DNA of 51,195 nucleotides. Origin: Burkholderiales bacterium (GTDB lineage Bacteria; Pseudomonadota; Gammaproteobacteria; Burkholderiales; SHXO01). Position 1 is the first letter of the stretch, and the number at the start of each line of letters is the position of its first letter. This document shows positions 27,404 through 34,583 of this stretch, one piece after another. Where the stretch lies: positions 1 to 51,195 of the forward strand of contig JBJXGQ010000406.1 in NCBI GenBank assembly GCA_046160525.1, given 5' to 3'. Position numbers and translations under genes: made by a program. A model generated the notes under the pieces. It was not told the DNA's origin. It saw nothing but the letters and a program-made list of their open reading frames with translations, and did not search any database.

Positions 27404-28296
27404 GTGCGGAAGGTGCCGGGTGGGGGTTCGGTGGTGTTGAGCGCTTGTCCGGGGAAAAGACGGTTGAGCGAAACTTCCTCGGAGGCGATGGCGATGATGT
27501 CGTCGGTTTCGTACATCACCATGGGTTTGGCGGCCAGGCGGTCCTTGGCGAAACCGATTTCGTCCTTGGTGGAAACCAGGAAGGAGAAGGTGCCGTCGAG
27601 ATCCTCGATGGATTGCGCGAGCGCTTCTTGCAGCGTGCGGCCTTGCGAGAGCTTGTCGGCGAGATAGACCGCGATTAACTCGCTATCGTTGCTGGTGTTG
27701 AAGGCGAAACCTCTCTTGGCCAAGCGGCGGCGCATCTTGTAGTAGTTGGTGATTTGCCCGTTGTGCACGATGGCTACGTCGGCGAATCCCGTTGCCCAGA
27801 AGGGATGGGAGGCATCGGGCGTCACGTCCGATTCCGTGGCCAGCCGCACGTGGCCAATGCCGTGGGAGCCGTGGAAATCGCGCACGTTGTAGGCATCGTC
27901 CACGTCGTGGGCACTGCCCGTGTCCTTGATGATGTCCAGGCTCTCGCCGATGGAGAACACCTTGGCGGCGTGCTCCATGTCGTAGGAAAATTTCTGCACG
28001 TCGCCGTCGAAGTGCACGATGACGCTGTAGCTGGTGCCCGCGCGCTCGTCCGACAGAATCGTGGCGTTGTGATCGCGCAACTGCGCTTTGATCTCGGCGA
28101 CCTTGCCTTCCGCTTCGCGGCCATCGCCCACGAAGAAGCGCAGACGCAGCTCTCCAGGATTGGCGTGGTGATACAGCGCGAACCCCGTGGAGTCCGGCCC
28201 GCGGTGCTGGCAGCCATCCAACATGCTGATGAGCGACTTGCCCACCTGGGCATCCGCGCCGGGGCGCTTGAACAAAATTCCTGCTATTCCGCACAT
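27385..28296 (-). CDS. mgsA: Class II (Ntn) glutamine amidotransferase, N-methylglutamate synthase subunit A
   Basis: MCGIAG with N-terminal Cys, HRGPDSTG, GHVRLATES, HPF, HNGQITN, DSE; GAGGTG RBS. Confidence 0.8.
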   Translation of the reverse strand: MCGIAGILFKRPGADAQVGKSLISMLDGCQHRGPDSTGFALYHHANPGELRLRFFVGDGREAEGKVAEIKAQLRDHNATILSDERAGTSYSVIVHFDGDVQKFSYDMEHAAKVFSIGESLDIIKDTGSAHDVDDAYNVRDFHGSHGIGHVRLATESDVTPDASHPFWATGFADVAIVHNGQITNYYKMRRRLAKRGFAFNTSNDSELIAVYLADKLSQGRTLQEALAQSIEDLDGTFSFLVSTKDEIGFAKDRLAAKPMVMYETDDIIAIASEEVSLNRLFPGQALNTTEPPPGTFRTWQRSI

Positions 28297-28326
28297 AGTG
28301 TCACCTCAAGAAATAAACGCATCGCC

Positions 28327-28430
28327 GCCTCAGTGTCCCATTGAAACGATACCCTTTTAGCTCCGGCATAACCCAGGCTTCGCATGGATTAGCCTTCACT
28401 GAAAGGGTGCAGCCTCAGTGTCCTACTGAA
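28327..28430. repeat. 19-bp direct repeat duplicating the mgdA 3' end and flanking a 66-nt hairpin-forming insert
   Basis: GCCTCAGTGTCCCATTGAA (28327-28345) vs GCCTCAGTGTCCTACTGAA (28412-28430), 17/19 identical; inner ACCCTTTTAG...CTGAAAGGGT inverted repeat. Confidence 0.7.
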
Positions 28431-29656
28431 GCAGCACCTTTCTCCCCCGTTAACTCGTAGTTCGCGAACCGCGACAGGCGAAAGCCCTTGATCAAATCAT
28501 GATCGCGATCGTTGAACAGGGTGTAACTCATGGTCTTGCCGCTCACGGGTGTCGCCTTGAATCCCCAGGTGCCCCATCCCGCATCCAGATAGAAACCTTC
28601 CACCGGTGTCTTGCCCATGATGGGGGCGAAATCCGGCGTCATGTCCGCCAGGCCCGCCCACTGGCGAACGATTTTCGCGGTGGAAAGAAATGGGAACATA
28701 TCCAGGATGTGAGCGGAGAGTCCTTCCGCGAAGTCGAGCGTGGAGCGGGTGTTCTGCACTTCGTAGGGATCCAGCGATGCACCCATCACCAGTTCTCCGC
28801 GTGCGGATTGGCTGATGTAAATGTGTAAGCTGCCCGAAACGAATATCTGGTTGAGCCAGGGCTTCATGGGTTCGCTCACCATGGCCTGAAGCGGGTGGAC
28901 GAAAATGGGCGAACGCAAGCCCACCATGTTCAAGATGCGCGGCGTGAACCCCGCCACGGCGCACAGCACCTTGTTGGTGGCCACGTAACCGCGCGTTGTG
29001 TGTACGCCTACCACCTTGCCGCCCTTCACATCGATGCCCGTCACTTCGGTCTGCTGGTGAATCTCCACGCCGCGCTGGTCCGCGCCGCGCCCATAGCCCC
29101 AGGCCACCGCGTCGTGGCGCGCGATGGCGCCCGGCGCGTGATATAGGGCGCCGAGTATGGGCGCGTGCCCGGCGCAAGTAAGATCGATCTGCGGGCAGGC
29201 CTTCTTGATGAACTCCGGGCCTACCACTTCGCTGTCCACGCCGTAGTGCTTGTTGACCTCCGCCCGCCAGCGCGAAGTGCGCAGGGCGGAATCCGTGTGG
29301 GCCAGGGTGAAGTGGCCGCGCGTGGAGTAAAACAGGTTCAGGTCGAAGTCCTGGGCGAGGTCCTGGTAGAGCCGCACACTCTCGTCGTAGAAGGCCACGC
29401 CTTCGGGGGTGAGGTAGTTGGAGCGGATGATGGTGGTGTTGCGCCCGGTGTTGCCGCCACCCAGATAACCCTTCTCCAATACGGCTACATTGCTGAGTTT
29501 ATAGTCCCTGGCAAGATAGTAAGCGCTCGCCAAGCCGTGCCCGCCGGCGCCGATGATCACGGCGTCGTAGGTAGGCTTGAGGCGCTCCGGGACGCGAAAC
29601 ATGCGTGGTTCCGGGTGCTCGCGGCTCAAGGCAAAACGCAATAGCCCGAGGGGCAT
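28415..29656 (-). CDS. mgdA: N-methylglutamate dehydrogenase subunit A (sarcosine oxidase beta-like FAD subunit)
   Basis: IIGAGGHGLA.AYYL, GGNTGRNTTIIRSNY, ARHDAVAWGY, GWGTWGFKATP, EKGAASVGH; start at ATG 29656 (alternative GTG 29701). Confidence 0.85.
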   Translation of the reverse strand: MPLGLLRFALSREHPEPRMFRVPERLKPTYDAVIIGAGGHGLASAYYLARDYKLSNVAVLEKGYLGGGNTGRNTTIIRSNYLTPEGVAFYDESVRLYQDLAQDFDLNLFYSTRGHFTLAHTDSALRTSRWRAEVNKHYGVDSEVVGPEFIKKACPQIDLTCAGHAPILGALYHAPGAIARHDAVAWGYGRGADQRGVEIHQQTEVTGIDVKGGKVVGVHTTRGYVATNKVLCAVAGFTPRILNMVGLRSPIFVHPLQAMVSEPMKPWLNQIFVSGSLHIYISQSARGELVMGASLDPYEVQNTRSTLDFAEGLSAHILDMFPFLSTAKIVRQWAGLADMTPDFAPIMGKTPVEGFYLDAGWGTWGFKATPVSGKTMSYTLFNDRDHDLIKGFRLSRFANYELTGEKGAASVGH

Positions 29657-29741
29657 GGGGAAAGGTAATGGGCGAAAAGAGGGGTCTATTTTCCTTGCCA
29701 CCTGCCATGGGTGTCAAGAATGGCATTCAATAATATTGCGT

Positions 29742-29757
29742 AGCAGGAAACTTGCCC
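29742..29757 (-). promoter_or_regulatory. Candidate sigma54 -24/-12 promoter upstream of mgdA
   Basis: Minus strand GGGCAAGTTTCCTGCT has GG-N10-GC spacing with GGCA and TGCT. Confidence 0.4.
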
Positions 29758-29763
29758 AAGGAG

Positions 29764-30051
29764 CTATTTGGCCGGCATCCTGTGCAAATCCCAGCGTAAA
29801 CGGGCAATGCGGTAGGCGTCCACCAAGGAGATGACGTAGATGAACACCCCGCCCGCGTGGCGGCCAAGGAAGGACTGCGCGGGGGTCGTTAGATGGTGGC
29901 TCACGATGGCGAGCGAGATCATGAAGAACACGAAGACGATGGCGCGCGTTGCATTGTTGTTGAGCACTTGGCCCATGCCCGGCAGCAGCGCCGCGACGGC
30001 AAGTACCGACCACGGATTGAGGGGAGGTTTGGGCGCGGGCGTGTCAGGCAT
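29764..30051 (-). CDS. Small membrane protein, methylamine-cluster associated hypothetical
   Basis: Three hydrophobic segments; LLPGMGQV.N and DAYR.AR; overlaps upstream gene by 8 nt. Confidence 0.7.
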   Translation of the reverse strand: MPDTPAPKPPLNPWSVLAVAALLPGMGQVLNNNATRAIVFVFFMISLAIVSHHLTTPAQSFLGRHAGGVFIYVISLVDAYRIARLRWDLHRMPAK

Positions 30052-30700
30052 GGGTGGAGATTGTATTGGCTACGGCGTTCGCTCGCGCTAGCAGAAGTTC
30101 CAGCAGCGCGGGCGGCACGGCACCGATTTCGAAATGCCCGGCGCGAAGCACCAGATACTCGGCACGCCGTGCTTGCGAGAGTTGGTATACCAAGCGCACG
30201 CCCTGGGGCGTGACCAGAATTTCCTTCGCGCGCGCATCGGCGAAGAATTCGGCCGCATGCGGTGCCAGCGATACCAACGATGCTTGCGGCGCACCGCACT
30301 TGATGGTCAATTCCGTGGACCACCCAGGGGGAGAATCAAGGCGGTAGGGTAATTGCCCGCCAGGCGAGTAGAACTCCGTATTCTGGCTGCGAGCGAGGAT
30401 GTCCAGGTGCGGAAATTCGCGTAGATCCGCTCGCAACGAAACCGAGATCCACAGGGAGGGCAGCTTACGGAAGGTGGCATCATCACGAAACAATCTCACC
30501 TCCGCGGCCTTGCTCGCGAACTTGCCGCGCAAGACCGGGAACCCGTCCGCGGCAATGGTTTTCTCGCACTGCGCAAGCGGAGTGTTCTCGCAGCCTAGAA
30601 CATTGGTGCGCCAGGCCGCGTAGCGCCGCTGGTCCCGGCGGTGCATCCACGCGAGGAGGCCCCCCAAGAAGAGCGCCAGGACCAGAAGTCCGAATTTCAT
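30044..30700 (-). CDS. Membrane-anchored hypothetical protein
   Basis: N-terminal TM MKFGLLVLALFLGGLLAW, then a soluble domain (RKLPSLW, EFYSP, KEILVTPQGVRLV, YLVLR); coupled to the downstream gene. Confidence 0.7.
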   Translation of the reverse strand: MKFGLLVLALFLGGLLAWMHRRDQRRYAAWRTNVLGCENTPLAQCEKTIAADGFPVLRGKFASKAAEVRLFRDDATFRKLPSLWISVSLRADLREFPHLDILARSQNTEFYSPGGQLPYRLDSPPGWSTELTIKCGAPQASLVSLAPHAAEFFADARAKEILVTPQGVRLVYQLSQARRAEYLVLRAGHFEIGAVPPALLELLLARANAVANTISTHA

Positions 30701-31345
30701 CGTTTCACCAGGGGCTCGCATGTCCTCTAATGTCGTAATATTACGTGGCGCAAAGAGCACTCCGGCGCGGCCGGGGACCCAAGGAGTGCCTAGGACCGAG
30801 CTAGATCATGACAAAAAGCTTCGAGTTGATCCAAACGACAAACCGCCGCATAGCCACTTAAGACCGCCGGTGCGGCGCGGACCGCCGCGCAAGTTCGGTG
30901 CGGGAAGTGAACGCCGCGGGCACTGCCGTGATATTGCGAGAACTCCTGGACGAGGCTCATGCACGATTACGCGCGCTGGAAAAAACAGTGGAAATCCTTC
31001 GCCGCTGATCTGAGCATCTTGGATCTTGGCCCGTGACTGGGCTTTAGTCATCTCCCCTCCCAAGACGTCTCATCCAAGCAGGTGAGATGCAATTCACCTA
31101 TACGGATTACCGAGACTGCCAAGCCTGGGGGATGGCAGCCCGGAATTGACTGAGTACGATGGCCGCTGCCAGTAGGGGGTCAGATCCGTGCCCTGGGGCT
31201 ATTCCCATCGCGAAAACGGTACCGCTTGAGTAAACCAGTTGTACCGGCAACCCGGGGATCAGGCCAACACTCCTGCTTGGCGCCACAAAGAAACCGATTG
31301 TCCCGCGACTTGAATCGTACGACGAGCCAACAGGAGGACCTAGAG

Positions 31346-32722
31346 ATGGAACCTAATAATTCGCAACCCGCACAATCCGCGCAACCCGCCAATTCGGACC
31401 GGCGCCAATTCATGACGCAAGCGGCTGGTGTGGTTGCCGCGACCGCCGCCGCCGCGGCCACGGTGGGAAGCAACTCCGCCACCGCCGCGCAAGGCAGCGA
31501 CAACGTAGTATTCAGGGCCGAAATGGGCAGGCGGCCCGAAGACCAACGCACCAAGACCCATAACCGCTGGCACCCCGATATTCCCTTCGTGCAGTGGTTC
31601 AAACCGGGAGATGAGTTCCGGGTCGAGTGTTACGACTGGACGGGTGGCCAGATCAAGCCCGACAACAGCGCCAACGACGTGCGTGACGTTACCTTGAGCC
31701 TGGTTCACTACTTGAGTGGTCCGTTCGGCGTGCAGGGCGCGGAGCCCGGCGACCTCCTCGTGGTGGATCTTCTGGAACTGGGATACCTGCCAGACTCCAA
31801 ATGGGGCTTCACTGGAATTTTCGCCAGGGAAAATGGCGGCGGTTTCCTGGTCGATCACTTTCCGGATGCGCGCAAGGCGATCTGGGATTTTCACGGCATG
31901 ATGTGTTCATCGCGCCATATCCCCGGCGTGGAATGGCCAGGCTTGGTCCATCCAGGGTTGATCGGTTGTTTGCCCGACCGAGCGCTGCTGGAGAAGGCAA
32001 ACAAGCGCGAAGCGGCGTTACTGGCTACCAATCCGAATCGCGTGCCGCCGCTGCTTGCCCCGCCTTACGCCGACACTGCCCTCATGGGACAAATGACCGG
32101 GGCGGCCGCGAAGAGGGCGGCGGCCGAAGCTTGGCGCACGGTGCCCCCGCGCGAACATGGCGGTAACTGCGACATCAAGAATCTGTCGCGCGGATCCAAA
32201 ATCTACTTCCCCGTTTACGTCAAGGGCGGCGGCCTTTCCATGGGCGATATTCACTGGTCGCAGGGCGACGGCGAAATCACCTTCTGCGGGGCCATCGAGA
32301 TGGCGGGGTGGATCGATCTGCGAGTCGATATCATCAAGGGCGGCATGGCCAAGTACGGCATCGTCAACCCGATCTTCAAGCCCAGCCGCACCGAACCGCA
32401 TTTCTCGGAGTACCTGGTGTTCGAGGGAATTTCGGTGGATGAAAAAACCGGCGAGCAATACTACCTGGACGCACATGTGGCCTACCGGCGCGCGTGTCTG
32501 AACGCCATCGAGTATCTTAAGAAGTTTGGTTACTCCGGCGAACAGGCTTACATGATTCTGGGAACGGCCCCCGTCGAGGGGCGTATCAGCGGCATCGTGG
32601 ACATCCCCAATGCCTGCTGCACGGTTGCGGTTCCGACCGAAATCTTCGACTTCGACATCCGGCCCACGGCCTCCGGGCCCATGCACAAGGTCCCGCGGGT
32701 GAGCGTGGCGATGCCCAGTTAG
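31346..32722 (+). CDS. fmdA: Formamidase (acetamidase/formamidase family) with N-terminal twin-arginine-like leader
   Basis: HNRWHPDIP, ECYDWTGGQI, VHYLSGP, PPREHGGNCDIKNLSRGS, SQGDGEITFCGAIEM, ISGIVDIPNAC; CAGGAGGA RBS before ATG 31346; DRRQFM leader. Confidence 0.93.
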   Translation: MEPNNSQPAQSAQPANSDRRQFMTQAAGVVAATAAAAATVGSNSATAAQGSDNVVFRAEMGRRPEDQRTKTHNRWHPDIPFVQWFKPGDEFRVECYDWTGGQIKPDNSANDVRDVTLSLVHYLSGPFGVQGAEPGDLLVVDLLELGYLPDSKWGFTGIFARENGGGFLVDHFPDARKAIWDFHGMMCSSRHIPGVEWPGLVHPGLIGCLPDRALLEKANKREAALLATNPNRVPPLLAPPYADTALMGQMTGAAAKRAAAEAWRTVPPREHGGNCDIKNLSRGSKIYFPVYVKGGGLSMGDIHWSQGDGEITFCGAIEMAGWIDLRVDIIKGGMAKYGIVNPIFKPSRTEPHFSEYLVFEGISVDEKTGEQYYLDAHVAYRRACLNAIEYLKKFGYSGEQAYMILGTAPVEGRISGIVDIPNACCTVAVPTEIFDFDIRPTASGPMHKVPRVSVAMPS

Positions 32723-32734
32723 GTATTCGCACGG

Positions 32735-32803
32735 GGCGAAGAGGGAAACCTCTTCGCCTGGCTTGACAGCCGGCGGCACCAGCGGATGCGGCCGGCTCTC
32801 TTT
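32735..32803 (+). other. Two intercistronic hairpins between fmdA and fmdB
   Basis: GGCGAAGAGG-gaaa-CCTCTTCGCC perfect stem, then AGCCGGC...GCCGGCT followed by CTCTTT. Confidence 0.55.
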
Positions 32804-32829
32804 AATCTGGTCACTAGAAGGACGTAACC

Positions 32830-33180
32830 ATGCCCACCTACGACTATCGCTGCGAACAATGCGGCGACTTTGAAATGCGCCGCCCCATGAGCGAATCCAG
32901 CGCCCCCACGAAATGTCCGAGTTGCCAGGCCGATGCGCGCCGTTTAATCCTGGCCCCGTTTCTCGCGATGATGAACCCGCATTCGCGCATCGCGCATGCT
33001 CGCAACGAAAAGAGCGCGGATGCCCCGCTGGTCATGTCTCGCGAGCAGCTTCACCAGACGGGAAGGCCGCGTGCACACGTACATACTCATGATCACGGGC
33101 CTCGCGATCCGAGGCGCGCGCGCGCGGGAGTAGGAGAGGACTGGGTGCGCTCGAGCCGGTCTTCGGTGATCGGGCATTAA
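32830..33180 (+). CDS. fmdB: FmdB-family zinc-ribbon protein
   Basis: MPTYDYRCEQCG.FE..RPM.......CP.C, AHARNEKSA..P, His-rich tail; follows fmdA. Confidence 0.9.
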   Translation: MPTYDYRCEQCGDFEMRRPMSESSAPTKCPSCQADARRLILAPFLAMMNPHSRIAHARNEKSADAPLVMSREQLHQTGRPRAHVHTHDHGPRDPRRARAGVGEDWVRSSRSSVIGH

Positions 33181-33199
33181 CCCCCGCCATTGAGCCGGC

Positions 33200-34345
33200 T
33201 CAGGGTTTGTCCGTGCAAATGCGCGAATGCAGATGCACTAATTCCATCTGCCCGTGAGTATTGGTTTTCTGGAATATTTGCTTCAGGTGGCTGCGCACGG
33301 TGTTTTCCGAAACATGCAACGCGCGTGCGGTGCTGGCCAGGGACATTCCCGTGAAAATCATGGCACTCACGCGTGCCTGCGCTGGACTGAATTCGAATTG
33401 CCTGGAGAACGAGCAATCGTGATGACTATGTTCTGAATGGGGGCTTCTCGCGGTGAGCACCACCAGTTCCCGGCTCTGTCCTTCGCGCGCGAGAAAAGCC
33501 CGGCCAGCGGAATAGACTGAGACCACCGTGGGGTGCCGGCCGCCGGGCACGGAGACGGTCACCACGCGTGAAGTGTCCGCTGAATCCGGCGCGTTCGCAA
33601 CCCATGCCATGGCTTCCCGCAGCGCCTTGCTGTCCGCCGTTGCCGCCGCCGCGATGCGCTCGCCGTCCATGCGCAAGCCCGATTCGTGGCGAAGCAAATC
33701 CTCCGCTGACTTCGTTTTATAGAGGATGCGCCCCTGCGCATCGGCGAGAAACGTGGCGTGCCCATGCCGCTCGACGATGCGTGTCATGGTCTCGCCAAAG
33801 TCGGTGACCTGGCGCCGGTGCCAGTAATTTTCCAGCGCTAGCGAGAGGTGGGAAAGCACGTCTTGAAAGCCGGATTTTTCGTGCTCCTGGAAACCGTCTT
33901 GATCCTCCGTGCGGTGTACCGCGACGTAGTAGACGAGATCGCCATGCCGCGCGGCGACGCCACACAGGCGGTGCAGCAAGCGGTTCGGTTTAAGTAGGCT
34001 GCGATAGAAGTCGGTTTTGACCAGATCTCGGTTGCTTAACAACTCCTCGCCGGTCAACACCCGGCCCGGAGAATATTCCGCGCTCGAGAGGAACCACGGG
34101 TTGCGGGGGGCGTGCTCGGCATAGGCGGCTCGCAGATCGGGATCTCGCGGGGCTTGGTAAAGAACCTCGCCCCTGCCGCTGGAAAAGCGATGGCTGGCGA
34201 GCGTTGTCCAGCGGCCATCGAGCCAATCGCCAAGCAATTCGAGTGTGTCACCCCAAGCGGCGTCCCGCTGGGTGGTCGCATGTACTCGGTAGAGCAAAGA
34301 GCCGGGTACGGATTTCGGTTCGCAATCGCCGGGCGGACGGGCCAT
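33200..34345 (-). CDS. LuxR-type HTH transcriptional regulator with GAF/PAS-like sensor region
   Basis: C-terminal FSPAQARV..MI..G.SL...A..LHVSENTVRSHLKQIFQKT.TH.Q.ELV. Confidence 0.85.
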   Translation of the reverse strand: MARPPGDCEPKSVPGSLLYRVHATTQRDAAWGDTLELLGDWLDGRWTTLASHRFSSGRGEVLYQAPRDPDLRAAYAEHAPRNPWFLSSAEYSPGRVLTGEELLSNRDLVKTDFYRSLLKPNRLLHRLCGVAARHGDLVYYVAVHRTEDQDGFQEHEKSGFQDVLSHLSLALENYWHRRQVTDFGETMTRIVERHGHATFLADAQGRILYKTKSAEDLLRHESGLRMDGERIAAAATADSKALREAMAWVANAPDSADTSRVVTVSVPGGRHPTVVSVYSAGRAFLAREGQSRELVVLTARSPHSEHSHHDCSFSRQFEFSPAQARVSAMIFTGMSLASTARALHVSENTVRSHLKQIFQKTNTHGQMELVHLHSRICTDKP

Positions 34346-34583
34346 GTCTGCACGCCTTATTGCTTGCTGGAAGGACGCCTGAACGGCAGGGCGTATTCAA
34401 GGTTCGCTGTCCCGGGCAGGAAAACTGGAGAACCATGCGGCCGGGGTGGACAATATATTCCTTGGGAGCGGCGTTGGGAAGTGCATTCAGCCTATTGCTT
34501 GCGCTGCGTCTTGCGCGAATAATCTGGCGGACATTCACCGGTGCCGTGACCTTGGTCGTGGCCCAAGCGGAGCGCCATCTTCC

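Noticed and set aside
17573-29656. Annotation as glnA, gltBD and sarcosine oxidase soxBDAG
   Set aside because: Co-clustering of a GlnT-type ligase, split GltB-like domains and Sox-like subunits fits the N-methylglutamate pathway better; substrate not proven
30720-31063. Short ORFs between the NMG cluster and fmdA
   Set aside because: No recognisable features; likely regulatory or decayed DNA
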